Position numbers and translations under genes: made by a program
Assembly: GCA_963666975.2 (NCBI GenBank)
Contig: CAXVYR010000004.1
Location: 128,001 to 192,000, forward strand
Source of the DNA: Terriglobia bacterium
Lineage (GTDB): Bacteria; Acidobacteriota; Terriglobia; 2-12-FULL-54-10
Direction of reading: 5' to 3'
DNA: 64,000 nucleotides
Notes under the pieces: model-generated
The model's input: only the letters and a program-made list of their open reading frames with translations
Databases searched by the model: none
What the model was told of the DNA's origin: nothing
In this document: in pieces, positions 24,244 to 34,599 of the stretch
Numbering within the stretch: position 1 is the stretch's first letter
How the letters are laid out: each line of letters begins with the position of its first letter

Positions 24244-26541
24244 ATGAAACTACGTCTGTCGTTAGTGATTCTGTTGCTGTCAATCTCGACAGCTATGGAA
24301 GCACAAGGGAAGCCCCGCTTCGGGGTCGTAGCAAACGTTGGATACAGCCGCTCCAGGAGATGAGAGAAGGTGTCCCAAACTCAGTTGCAGGTTGGGACGG
24401 CGGGTTGAGTTCATATTACGCCACTTTCTCCTTGTGAGAGGAAGCAGCGTTTGGACTTCGGCCGAGAATCGATGCCAAAGCCCAGAGATCGTGATAACCC
24501 ATGATCTTCCGGAAATTCTTCTCGGTCAGCAGAAACGCTCCTGCCACCCAGCGCAACGTCATCTCGCCGTCGCGCCAGCGGCAAACATTGCCAGTCTTTT
24601 TCCGCACGCCCGACTGCGGGCTCTCGATGAGGTTCGTGGTTGCCAGGCAGCGGTGGAGGCTGGGAGGAACGTCGGCTCGATTGATCGTAAAGGTCTCCTC
24701 CAACCCTTCGCGCAAGCTGGCGGCTGCTGCCGGATGATCGCACTCGATCATCCCAGCGAGCTTTTTTATGCGCACGATGCCTTCCTCGGCTTGGGGCAAT
24801 CGCCAGGCGGCGCGCATCAGCGACCGCACCTGATTCGCCAGCATTTTGTCGCCCTTTGGTAACCGCTCAGCCACGTTGCGCAGCTTATGAGTACGGCAAC
24901 GCTGCACCAGCTGATTGCTGCCGAATACTTCCTCGATCCCCGCGCGGAGCGCTTTGGCGCCGTCGATCACAAACAGATAGCGCTGATCCGTGCGCAAACC
25001 TTGCTGGCGCAGGCGGGTGAGAAGGTCTTTCACCGCAGCGGCGTTTTCGGTCGCGCCCAGTTGAATCCCCAGCACATGCTTGCGGCCCTCGCTGTCCACG
25101 CCCACGGCGCTGATGACGTGGTGGGAGCCGAACCGCATTGCGGAAAAGCGAGAAGACGTCCAGGTAAATCACCAGAATCTCGACCTCCTCCCAGCGCCGC
25201 GCCAACAGTTCTTCCAGCCGCCGCGCTCCTTGCTCGGCCGCTTCCCGGCTCACCTGAGACTTCGACACCCCAGCGCTGTTGGCCATCTCCGGGATCACCT
25301 CGCGGTAGTTCCGCGTCGAAACCCCTTTCAACAGTGCCTCGAGCAAGGAGCTTTTCCGCGGCTTCGTAGGCCGGACCGAACTGTTGCAGCGCGGCGCTGG
25401 GAGGAGTTTCGAGATTCTGGTGATTTACTCTGGACGCGAATGCGGTTCGGCTCCCACCACGTCATCAGCGCCGTGGGCGTGGACACCGCAAGCATGTGCT
25501 GGGGATTCAACTGGGCGCGACCGAAAACGCCGCTGCGGTGAAAGACCTTCTCACCCGCCTGCCGCCAGCAAGGTTTGCGCACGGATCAGCGCTATCTGTT
25601 TGTGATCGACGGCGCCAAAGCGCTCGCGCGGGGATCGAGGAAGTATTCGGCAGCAATCAGCTGGTGCAGCGTTGCCGTACTCATAAGCTGCGCAACGTGG
25701 CTGAGCGGTTACCAAAGGGCGACAAAATGCTGGCGAATCAGGTGCGGTCGCTGATGCGCGCCGCCTGGCGATTGCCCCAAGCCGAGGAAGGCATCGTGCG
25801 CATAAAGAAGCTCGCTGGGATGATCGAGTGCGATCATCCGGCAGCAGCCGCCAGCTTGCGCGAAGGGTTGGAGGAGACCTTTACGATCAATCGAGCCGAC
25901 GTTCCTCCCAGCCTCCACCGCTGCCTGGCAACCACGAACCTCATCGAGAGCCCGCAGTCGGGCGTGCGGAAAAAGACTGGCAATGTTTGCCGCTGGCGCG
26001 ACGGCGAGATGACTGTTGCGCTGGGTGGCAGGAGCGTTTCTGCTGACCGAGAAGAATTTCCGGAAGATCATGGGTTATCACGATCTCTGGGCTTTGGCAT
26101 CGATTCTCGGCCGAAGTCCAAACGCTGCTTCCTCTCACAAGGAGAAAGTGGCGAAATATGAACTCAACCCGCCGTCCCAACCTGCATTCTGAGTTTGGGA
26201 CACCTTCTACTCCAGGAGATGAGAGGTACTTCCTGGACACGTTTTCAAATGGACAGCAACGATGCCGTGATAGAACGAATGGACAATTCGCGCGTACTGA
26301 ACTGTGTAGTGGTAGCGTATACGCCATCACAGCGGGCATGTTCGACATCAATATCATAGGCGCTACGCAGTTTCCGATATTTATCGGCGCTGGATATAGG
26401 GCAGGCCCCGCGCACGGTGCTTACCTAAATCTCGGCTATGCTCAGCCCGTCAGCAACAACAGGTCAGTGTGGTTCATTAAAAGCAGCGTCGGCAGATATA
26501 TTCTCCAAGGGCACATTGGTATTGCGGTTCATTGGCCGTGA
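24244..26541 (+). pseudogene. Secreted protein gene interrupted by the IS256 structure
   Basis: Signal-peptide 5' part (MKLRLSLVILLL..VGYS) and 3' part (PGDERYFLDTF..IAVHWP) meet at the duplicated CTCCAGGAGATGAG. Rejoining also needs a 1-nt indel. Confidence 0.55.
24365..26208. mobile_element. Two 5'-truncated IS256-family copies in inverted orientation
   Basis: FVIDGAKAL, QRCRTHKLRN and TTNLIES IS256 motifs on - (24416-25346) and + (25440-26161); the same end AGAAGGTGTCCCAAACTCAG on both sides. Confidence 0.85.
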
Positions 26542-26635
26542 GTTAGAGGACGATGCCTAAAATGTCTTACAAAATAAATCCCGGTGAGATTCACGGAGAT
26601 TGGTCGTTTCGGTTCGGGAGATTTGGAGGCGGCTA

Positions 26636-26800
26636 ATGAAGTTCGCTAGATGCAACTCAAACGTGCCAGAGGCAGCGAAATTCTGCCCGGAGTGCCGCAG
26701 TGCTCTTCGACCGAACGTCTTGGGGCCGCCGCTGTCGGCGGACAACCCTTCTCCCGAAGATCGGGAACCCCCTTATCAACTTCTTTGGCAAAGGAGGTAA
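26636..26800 (+). pseudogene. Degenerate zinc-ribbon N-terminus
   Basis: MKFARC..VPEAAKFCPEC (first Cys lost); GGAGG SD; short ORF. Confidence 0.4.
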
Positions 26801-26806
26801 ATTTCT

Positions 26807-27382
26807 ATGAGGAATTTCTTTCCACTGCTGATTGCGAGTTTAGCGTTGGGCACCGTTTCAACTCTTGCTGCTCAAGAGGCGGCGCGGCCCCAGGCCCCGA
26901 AAACAAAGATCGAAGCGTTTGATGCCCAACAGGGGACCGTAGTCATTCGCGGGTTCTCAAAGATGGGAGAACTGAAAGGCGTTTATGGTGGAGTAGTAAG
27001 CGTGGAAAGCATGGAGTTCACCCACGCGACAACTGGCCGGAAGGAATTTGGAATTGCCATCGATGTCGAGGAAACAAGCGGCCTTGAACGCGAAAGTCGG
27101 TCGTTCATTGATTACGATGAAATTGACCCGCTAGTGAAGGGAATTGATTACATCAGCAAGATAGACGCCTCAGCAACAAGACTCGCTAATTTTCAGGCTG
27201 ATTACCGAACAAAGGGCGACCTCCGGGTGTCAACTTTCAGTTCATCAAGGGGCACGATGTGTTCGATTGAGAGCGGGCAAATCGGAAGCGTCAGCCTATT
27301 TCTCAATCTCGCCGATCTCGCAAGGTTTCGTGGACTTATCATCAGTGCCAAGACAAAGCTCGACTCAATCAAGGGGAATTAG
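26807..27382 (+). CDS. Secreted hypothetical protein
   Basis: AAGGAGG SD, signal peptide, 191 aa. Confidence 0.8.
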   Translation: MRNFFPLLIASLALGTVSTLAAQEAARPQAPKTKIEAFDAQQGTVVIRGFSKMGELKGVYGGVVSVESMEFTHATTGRKEFGIAIDVEETSGLERESRSFIDYDEIDPLVKGIDYISKIDASATRLANFQADYRTKGDLRVSTFSSSRGTMCSIESGQIGSVSLFLNLADLARFRGLIISAKTKLDSIKGN

Positions 27383-27504
27383 GCGTGGTTTGGAAACCAT
27401 TATTCCTAGAAATCAAAGGACGAGTTCCGGCTTGGCTTTGGCATTGTGGGGCGGTTCTGATCCGTCCCTAAACCAAGTGAAACAACCGCAGGAGATAAGG
27501 ACTT

Positions 27505-27891
27505 ATGAGACTAATTGCCGCTCTGATGCTGTTGGTTACGGCCGCCCCAGCCGTGGCCGCTGACGATAAGCAACCAAACGAGAAGCTGTGCTCTATCAAG
27601 ACAGTTTATATCGAAGGCCACGGCTCTAACGCCAAGTGGTACAGAGACAACTTGGAAAAGCATACTTGGCTCAAGATAACGACTATCCTGGAGCAAGCAG
27701 ACGCGGTATTTGCTGTTGGGGGAGTTGGCAGCACAGTATTCCCCATAAAGGCAACGCTGACTCGGCGCAACCCTACCGAGCACCTATGGGATGGATCATC
27801 TCGCACGAATCCACTCAAGTTTTGGGGAGGCGGTCCAAGGCCGGGGCTGCTCAAGAAGCTCAACAAGGCCGCAAACTGCCAAGCGAAATAG
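27505..27891 (+). CDS. Secreted hypothetical protein
   Basis: Signal peptide MRLIAALMLLVTAAPAVA; AAGGA SD. Confidence 0.75.
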   Translation: MRLIAALMLLVTAAPAVAADDKQPNEKLCSIKTVYIEGHGSNAKWYRDNLEKHTWLKITTILEQADAVFAVGGVGSTVFPIKATLTRRNPTEHLWDGSSRTNPLKFWGGGPRPGLLKKLNKAANCQAK

Positions 27892-27947
27892 ACAGACGGG
27901 ACGGGCTGTCTAGCATCCGTATGCCGAAAGTGGCATACCTTTCCCCA

Positions 27948-28208
27948 CTAACGCAGCTTAAACGATCCGCAGGACGGGCACACCTGCGCCCCGAAAAGCA
28001 ATTTCTGACACTCGCGTGATACCACCGCCTCGCTGACCCCCAACTCGCGGGCGATACGCGCCTGTACGCCGTGCTGAGGCCCGTATTTGCCGAGGAGCCG
28101 GGCCACATCAAGTCTGCGTAATACGGCCAAATCACGGCGCAATGCATTGTATGCCCGGCGGCCACTCGCCCGGCGAACGGCCTCCCCAAAAGACGTTGGC
28201 GGCTTCAT
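27948..28208 (-). CDS. Small HTH + zinc-ribbon protein
   Basis: QARIARELGVSEAVVSR HTH followed by CPSCG; GAGG immediately upstream. Confidence 0.55.
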   Translation of the reverse strand: MKPPTSFGEAVRRASGRRAYNALRRDLAVLRRLDVARLLGKYGPQHGVQARIARELGVSEAVVSRECQKLLFGAQVCPSCGSFKLR

Positions 28209-28353
28209 CCTCGGCGGCTTCGGAATTATCGAGATAGTTTTCTGGCCTCAGGAAGCTGCATTGAGGGAAAATCGACTCCTATGGTCGTGCGCGGAAAACC
28301 GAGAAGCGAGATTACGCGCAGGGGGCGGCGATCCAGGGGTGCTTGTGACGATT

Positions 28354-28528
28354 TAGAGCGGTTTCACAATAGCTATCTGGCACCCCGAGGTGTCATTCCG
28401 AGGGTCGAATTCTTTTCGGCCCGAGGAATCTGCTTTTCCATTCTGGCCCTTGCGGCGGAAAAGCAGATTCCTCGCTGCGCTCGGAATGACAACGTGTTGT
28501 GATTTACACAAACTGTGAAAACGATTTA
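28354..28528. repeat. MITE-like unit carrying a TGTCATTCCGAG...CTCGGAATGACA palindrome
   Basis: Outer IR TAGAGCGGTTTCACA / TGTGAAAACGATTTA; inner long palindrome 28391-28491 with GAGGAATCTGCTTTT / AAAAGCAGATTCCTC. Confidence 0.7.
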
Positions 28529-28770
28529 GAGATGTGCTGGCAGAAAAATTTATTTTGCGAAACAAAGCCACTAACCATTTTGGAATCATCAGGAGGTGTT
28601 TCGGAGACAGCTATACAAACCCACCGCATCACAGTAGCTGGTGGTTTCGGATGCTGATCGGCAGACACGCGCCGCTTCAGCTTTTCAAACCAGCCAAGTG
28701 GGTACAGGCCTCCAGGCCTGTACTGCGACAGGCAAGCCTGCCCCGAGCGGAGTCGAGGGGAATGCTTGTC

Positions 28771-29781
28771 CTACTTCGGCAGCTTGAGCAGGCGGCGGGC
28801 ATTTCCTTCGTAGATTTTCGCCCGGTCCGGGGGCGCAATCGTCGCGGCCTCGATGGCGCGGATGGTCTCGCGGATAAATCCGGGCCCCTTTTCCGGGTCG
28901 AAGGGCATATCGGAGCCGAACAAAATCTGGTCCACCCCAAAAAATGCGATGCCGCACTCCAGCGGCCCCACCGCGCCGAATACCGCCGTATCAGCATAGA
29001 ACATCCGAAAGTAATCAAGCGGACGGCGCTTCAGGTTGCATTTCACCAGGTCGTTGTCGGCCTCCGGAGTGCGGGCACCCAACTGGTCCAGGCCCGGTCC
29101 TATGCGGCCTTCGAAGTAAGGCACCATGCCGCCCGTGTGATGCGTGATAATTTTCAGGTTGGGAAAGGCATCGAACAGCCCGGAGAAAACGATGCGGGCC
29201 ATCGCAATGCTGGTCTCATACGGCCATCCGAAGACCCACCACATTTCGTACTTGGACTTCTTTTCCGCTGGATAATCGGAAAAACTGGCAGGACGCGCCG
29301 GATGCAGCCAGATGGGGAGATCGTGCGCGGCCATTCGCTCAAACAGCGGACGGAACTCGGGTTCATCGAGAGGCCGTCCGTTGACGTTGCTGAATATCTG
29401 CACGCCCCGCGCCTTGAGGTCCCCGACGGCCCGGTCCACTTCCGACACGCAGGCTTCCATATTGTTCATCGGCAAGGACGCCACAAAAGCCGGGAAACGG
29501 TCCGGATGCTTGGCCACCAGTTCCGCCATCCCGTCGTTGGCAATGCGCGCCAGCTCGGGCGAAGTCTTGGGGTCTCCGAAAACCTCCAGCGGCGGCGAGG
29601 CCAGCGTGAGTATCTGCTGGTAGTCACCAAACTGATCCATTATGCGGAACCGCAGCTCCAAATCGGCGAGGACGGGAATCTCGCGAATCCGTTTCTGCAT
29701 GTAACCGGCGCGCTCGGAGAGTTTCATCATCCTTTCGTAAAAAGCGGCGGGAAATATGTGCGGGAAAATATCCAGCTTCAT
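28771..29781 (-). CDS. Amidohydrolase_2 family protein (ACMSD/LigW-like)
   Basis: DIFPH, IWLHP, ITHHTGG, LFGSDMPF; GGAGG SD before MKLDIF. Confidence 0.9.
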   Translation of the reverse strand: MKLDIFPHIFPAAFYERMMKLSERAGYMQKRIREIPVLADLELRFRIMDQFGDYQQILTLASPPLEVFGDPKTSPELARIANDGMAELVAKHPDRFPAFVASLPMNNMEACVSEVDRAVGDLKARGVQIFSNVNGRPLDEPEFRPLFERMAAHDLPIWLHPARPASFSDYPAEKKSKYEMWWVFGWPYETSIAMARIVFSGLFDAFPNLKIITHHTGGMVPYFEGRIGPGLDQLGARTPEADNDLVKCNLKRRPLDYFRMFYADTAVFGAVGPLECGIAFFGVDQILFGSDMPFDPEKGPGFIRETIRAIEAATIAPPDRAKIYEGNARRLLKLPK

Positions 29782-29908
29782 GGCGACCTCCTTAAAAATG
29801 CATTGTGCATTCCGGCGGATTTCATTGTCCGTCTCTTCATTGTCCGTATCTTCAATGTCCGGCTCTTCAGTGATTGCCGCCTGCTTACATATTCCCAAAG
29901 CTCCCGAA

Positions 29909-30961
29909 TCATGTGGCGGCCTGGGCCATGCTGCGGAGCCGTTGCCAGGTGAGTCCCTCGCGGGCGGCCAGCGGAAGGCCGGGAACGAGCACCATCATGT
30001 AGGTGAGCACCCAGAGCAAGATGGCCACGCTGGAAGCAACCTCCAAAGGAATTCCAAACAATTCCGTCAGCGCCACGACGATGGCCAACTGCGTTCCGCC
30101 CCCGATGCCGGGAAGCAGCAGCAGAGAACCAAAAACGGCAATCGCCAGCAGCAGCAAAACGGATCCCAGGTCCAGCCGGGTCATTGGCCATCCGAAGGCG
30201 CGCGTAACGCTCCAGTATGTCAGAACCACCGGGACCCACACCAGCAACGAGTAGCCCGCCGCGGCCAGGAAACTGGAAACACTTTCGATGCTCGCCAGGC
30301 CGCCCGAAAAACTCCCCAGCATCTTTCCGAGACGGTCCCGATACCGTTCCGGCAGCATCCACGCAAAGCGCAGCAAAAACCCGATGGTGGCTTTCGAGTT
30401 GGAGCGCAACAGCACGAGCAGCACCGCCACCAGGACAGACACCCCTCCAAGGAAGATTCCGCCCGTCCTCAAACGAGCCGTCGCCTGTGAGCCGTTCGCG
30501 AGGAAATCCGAGTCAGGGGAAAGCAGCAGCAGACCTACTCCCAGCAAAGCACCTACCGTGAGAGCGTCAAAGACCCGTTCCAGGGTCCAGGCAGCCAGTT
30601 GGGAAGAAAGATCAAGATTTTCTTTGCGCGCGATTAAGTAGGGCCGCACGAATTCTCCCGGACGCCCCATCAGCGCTACCGCTGAAAATCCAATCAACGT
30701 AGAAGCAAAGATATTATCCAGCCCCCCTTTCTTCATCGGCAGCAGAAAGACGCGCCATCGGAGGCTGCGAAAAAGATAGCTGGCAAAGATCATAAGGGCG
30801 GCAAGCAAAACGTAGGAAACCCGCACCTGAGCCAGGCTCTGCCAAAAGCGGGCAGCCTGAAACTGCTGCCATTCCGGGTTGGTAGCCAGTCTGTAGGCGA
30901 TGTAGGCTCCCAGAACGAGCAGGAGAAACAGCGTGCTGAAAACTTTCACTCGATACGTCAT
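29909..30961 (-). CDS. Lysylphosphatidylglycerol-synthase TM-domain (UPF0104) membrane protein
   Basis: RSLRW, GRPGEFVRP, ERVFD, PGIGG; multiple TM helices. Confidence 0.85.
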   Translation of the reverse strand: MTYRVKVFSTLFLLLVLGAYIAYRLATNPEWQQFQAARFWQSLAQVRVSYVLLAALMIFASYLFRSLRWRVFLLPMKKGGLDNIFASTLIGFSAVALMGRPGEFVRPYLIARKENLDLSSQLAAWTLERVFDALTVGALLGVGLLLLSPDSDFLANGSQATARLRTGGIFLGGVSVLVAVLLVLLRSNSKATIGFLLRFAWMLPERYRDRLGKMLGSFSGGLASIESVSSFLAAAGYSLLVWVPVVLTYWSVTRAFGWPMTRLDLGSVLLLLAIAVFGSLLLLPGIGGGTQLAIVVALTELFGIPLEVASSVAILLWVLTYMMVLVPGLPLAAREGLTWQRLRSMAQAAT

Positions 30962-31378
30962 AAAACGGAACGGAAACGGCAGCTAACTGAGCCTTTTGCC
31001 GGTCATTTGCTTCAGCCCAGGACAAAACCCCTCAGGCGTTTTCATCAACAATCCCGGCATCACTAATCCCGGCATCACTGATGCAAACACATCAGGGAGC
31101 AAACACCCCGGGATAGAATTCCCCTCTTAATGTTTTGTTCCGTTTGAACCAGAAACAGATGGCGATGATTTGCGAAATCCCCGGTTTAAGTCGGAAGCGT
31201 CTTGAATTTAGGATGAGATTATACAATGGCTGCAAGCAGCTATCCAGTGGGTTTCTTCGGTGGGTTTCGCCGGACATCCTGCATTCGCCCTTCACAAAAG
31301 GTAAATCGTGCCGGTTTTTGGAGTGGATTATAAAAACGCTTGCAGGGTTCGCTTTCCGCAAGGGCAGACAAAGCAGCC

Positions 31379-31930
31379 TCATTCCGCTTGGTTTTGCTGA
31401 GCCTGTTTGACTCGGATTGCCTTTGCGCGGGCTTCCCAATCTGCCGCCTCGTCCTCGCGTCCCATCTCGCGAAGCAACGCGGCGTAGTTCTCGATGCTGT
31501 GGCTACGCTGGGATGTTCCGCCCCGAAGGCCTTCTCGGCGATCTCCAATGACCGCCGGTAGAGCGGCTCGGCTTCGGCATAATTTCCCTGGGCGTAGTAG
31601 AGCGAAGCCAGGTTGTCGAGGCTCGCGGCAACGTCGGGATGCTCCGCCCCCAAGGTCTTTTCCATGATCGCCAAGGAGCGCTGATAAAGTAGCTCCGCCT
31701 CGGCGTAATTGCCCTGGGCATCGTAAAGAAACGCCAAGTCGTTGAGGCTTGCGGCGACGCCGGGATGCTCCGGCCCCAGAGTCTGTTCCTGGATTGCAAG
31801 CAACCGCGGTAGAACGGCTCGGCCTCGCTGTATTCACCCTGGGCATAGTAGAGGTCCGCCAAGTTCTTGAGTGTTGCGGTCAGGCGCGGGTCTTGCGTGT
31901 CAAAGCTTTCCGCTTCCTGCAGGGCAGTCA
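31379..31930 (-). pseudogene. TPR protein, 3' part (split by the integrative element; two 1-nt frameshifts)
   Basis: LTALQEAESFDTQDPRL..NLA.LY..QG.Y.EAE repeats with GxEHPxVA linkers spread over three frames. Confidence 0.85.
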
Positions 31931-32133
31931 ACCAAGTACAACTTATATGTTGTTCATAATATTAGACATACTTGATATTAACCCAACATGATCCCCTCAT
32001 TGTATCCCTCTTTCCGAACTGGAATCCATTGGACCGTCAGGGACATTCGTGGACAGGTTAGCCGAGAGATTCACCCTGAGTCCGGAAGCCCGAGGCAGTC
32101 GAGTGGGGTAGGCAACCTGCGCGTGGTGCGAAT
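31927..32133. repeat. Element end (attR arm region), copy 1 of an inverted repeat
   Basis: Near-identical reverse complement at 40692-40897 (both translate MIPSLYPSFRTGIHWTVRDIRGQVSR); AT-rich with ATCCC boxes. Confidence 0.9.
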
Positions 32134-32184
32134 GGAAGATCACGGATTGTGCTGCGCCGAGGTTGCGCCGCTCTTGTGTCCGCT

Positions 32185-32367
32185 CGACACGCTCATCGAG
32201 ATCATCTCAATCGCGCAGCAGGCGAGGCCGAACGTCATCGGCCAGATCGAGGACTTGCGCGCCCAGTTGATCGCCTGATTAAGCTTCGCGAAGATGATCC
32301 CTTCACCCTGTGTGCCGGTTTCCGCAGCAGGAATCAGCGAACTTTGTCCCGTCGTCGGGTATGCCAT
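32185..32367 (-). pseudogene. nuoB: 5' fragment of NADH-quinone oxidoreductase subunit B
   Basis: [24 protein letters not shown] is the NuoB signature; similarity stops abruptly after MISMSVS. Confidence 0.88.
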
Positions 32368-32446
32368 CCTGAATCTATTTTTCCACCGGCCTGAGTGCTT
32401 TGCAAACGGCGAACAGCTGGCCACTCTTCGAATGATTCGTGAAGAG

Positions 32447-34036
32447 CTAACCTTTGATTACGTTCTCTCCCTGACCTTCGCGAACAACCCTCGAAGCGTG
32501 GCTTGCGAGGAAACCGTCACGGGATGCACGGGTGAGCACTGAATTCCTGCGCCCCTTTTCCATCCGGTAGATTGAACAAAGAGTTTCTGCACGCTCAATA
32601 TCAGATCCAGCGGAAGAATAATGCCTTGCGATATGATCAATGTCCGCACGCGATCCAAAACGCGCAAGTACACGCTGAGCGGCGGATCGGAGGTATGCGG
32701 GTGAGTGTTCGGATCGATATTTCCGTCGAGCGTAGGCCAATGTTTGATCGGACGGCACTCGCTCACCGGCACTCCAGAACCTCAGTACCACGTAATGCTG
32801 GTATTCATAAACCGCATCTGGAGTTTTGAGAAATTGCAATATTCGGAATTCAGTCTTCGCCAACCACTGAACTTTCCCCATGTATGCTAGGATGGATTTT
32901 GTTTCCTCCGGGTGCTCCTCGAAAAGAGAAGTTGCATGACGCAAGGCAACGCGGTCTTTTGCCTTTCCTAGCCTAGCCAGCAAATAATGGAACAATGTCT
33001 TGTCAAATATCTTCGTGGACTTGATGAAGTGTAGGCGATAGGCTTGTCGAAGAAGTTTAGTGGGAGGTGAAATGTGGTTCTCTGCTAGCAGTTCCTCCGC
33101 TTGTGTGGACGAAAGATAATCGGAGTCTACTCCTACGAGTTCAGCGATTGTATCCTTATACTTTTTAACAAGGGGCTTCAACGTTGGCATAATCCCGTCG
33201 ACTTTTGCGCGGGCAGACTTTACTGACAGAATCTCTGTTTTAGCTGTTTGAAGACTTAGACCGCGATTGCGGAGCAGTTGACTGATGTCCACGAGTGCAC
33301 GCTTTGCTTCCGAAATGCTTCCGCAAAATATCCTGATATCGTCCACATATCTGAGGTGCTTGTAACCTGCCTCGTTAAGAGATTGGTCAACTCGGTCGAG
33401 ATAAAATTTAGCAAGAATATCTGAAGCGCTGATTCCTTGGGGAATCCCGCGACCGGGCACCATCGCCCATCTGTTTAGACAATGGCTCAAGAGTTCTATC
33501 AACGGATTTGAAAGGCCGGCATCTCGGAGATCAGAAATCAGGAGATCAAGGGCAATATGATCATAAAAGCCTGCTAGGTCCGTGCTAATCATGAAATCAA
33601 TTTCCGTTTCCAGTGCCGCGAGGCTTTGGTCGCGAAAATCCTTCCAACAAGCATACGGAAGTTTCAGCCAGTTGACTTGAGTACTGCCCGTAAATTGATA
33701 AGCACAATCGATCGGCGTTTTGGACCACGACATGGATGTGCACACATTTCTATAGGCCTTACCGACGATTGCAGTGAATACAACCTGATCCTGCAAACTC
33801 AGGATTGCCCCCGGTCGAATTCCTCCTTTACCCTTGGGAACGTCACAGATAGTTGCTGTTGAAGGGCTGTAATCGTTACCTGATATCCTTTTCAATAACT
33901 CATCTACCCAAGCATCTTCGCAGGATTGAATTATGGCAAGCTCAACAGGACTGGTTACAAAAACTCTGTCGTTCTTATGGTCTTGGACTACTCTCCTCAA
34001 GGCAAGTGACAAGTCTCGTTTTGACAGCAGCGCCAT
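32447..34036 (-). CDS. Reverse transcriptase, UG/Abi class-1-like, with alpha-helical repeat C-terminus (putative defence RT)
   Basis: [55 protein letters not shown]; ~250 aa helical tail; visibly lower GC than the host. Confidence 0.9.
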   Translation of the reverse strand: MALLSKRDLSLALRRVVQDHKNDRVFVTSPVELAIIQSCEDAWVDELLKRISGNDYSPSTATICDVPKGKGGIRPGAILSLQDQVVFTAIVGKAYRNVCTSMSWSKTPIDCAYQFTGSTQVNWLKLPYACWKDFRDQSLAALETEIDFMISTDLAGFYDHIALDLLISDLRDAGLSNPLIELLSHCLNRWAMVPGRGIPQGISASDILAKFYLDRVDQSLNEAGYKHLRYVDDIRIFCGSISEAKRALVDISQLLRNRGLSLQTAKTEILSVKSARAKVDGIMPTLKPLVKKYKDTIAELVGVDSDYLSSTQAEELLAENHISPPTKLLRQAYRLHFIKSTKIFDKTLFHYLLARLGKAKDRVALRHATSLFEEHPEETKSILAYMGKVQWLAKTEFRILQFLKTPDAVYEYQHYVVLRFWSAGERVPSDQTLAYARRKYRSEHSPAYLRSAAQRVLARFGSRADIDHIARHYSSAGSDIERAETLCSIYRMEKGRRNSVLTRASRDGFLASHASRVVREGQGENVIKG

Positions 34037-34046
34037 AGTGCCATGA

Positions 34047-34076
34047 TTATAGCGAAATTTAGATGGCCTAGTCGAT
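34047..34076 (-). promoter_or_regulatory. Putative sigma70 promoter of the RT
   Basis: On the - strand TCGACT-N18-TATAAT, 10 nt before the ATG; no SD, so a near-leaderless transcript. Confidence 0.5.
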
Positions 34077-34311
34077 GATGTGGAGAGCATCTGTGATCCA
34101 GCTTAGGACCGGCTTCCGCGCGGCTTTCATCGTGCAAGAAAGCCAAGTGCAGGTCCCGCGTCGGCGATGCCTCCTCGGGATGACAGCCAAGAAGCGGGCG
34201 GCGATAGTCACGCCGTAGTCGGACAGGATTACTTGCCACAACGGCGCGAGATACTTGAGCCGGGAGCCGAGGAACTGAAGTGCCAATCCCGCCTCGGCGC
34301 CGTCGGGCGAA

Positions 34312-34581
34312 AGGGGGCAGCAATTTGAGGGCGGTCAGATTGCGGCCCCAAGACTCCAACCGGACCCGCCAGACCGTGATGAGAAACAGCCCGCCGACAA
34401 TGACTGCGGCGGCGGGCGCGGCGTAGTACCAGCGAACGATCCAGCCGTAGAAGTTGGAGGTGTGATAGAGCACCAGATCCAGCACCGGATCGTCTCCGGG
34501 CATGGGGAAAGGCCGGTAGAGGAAACTCCAAGCGGAGCAGCCAAGCCCGCCAAAGAACAGGATCGGATAGCGCCATTTCAT
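34312..34581 (-). pseudogene. 5' fragment of a membrane-anchored protein, probably a type IV coupling protein (copy 1)
   Basis: MKWRYPILFFGGLG..YRPFP..DDPVLDLVLYH..WYYAAP; paralog at 42190. The coupling-protein assignment is from recollection of the family. Confidence 0.55.
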
Positions 34582-34599
34582 CGGGCTGGCCTCCGGCGC

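Noticed and set aside
29821-29898. N-terminal acidic extension of the amidohydrolase
   Set aside because: It arises from a 15-bp x3 intergenic repeat; a good GGAGG SD precedes MKLDIF at 29781.
31988-32278. ORFs beginning MIPSLYPSFRTG (also 40648-40836)
   Set aside because: Translations of the non-coding element end; they diverge as soon as the repeat ends.
34037-34310. Retron msr/msd or DRT2/DRT9-type ncRNA upstream of the RT
   Set aside because: The visible structure is a half REP-family repeat, the promoter lies immediately before the ATG, and I see no a1/a2 inverted repeat or VTG retron motif. It cannot be fully excluded without covariance analysis.
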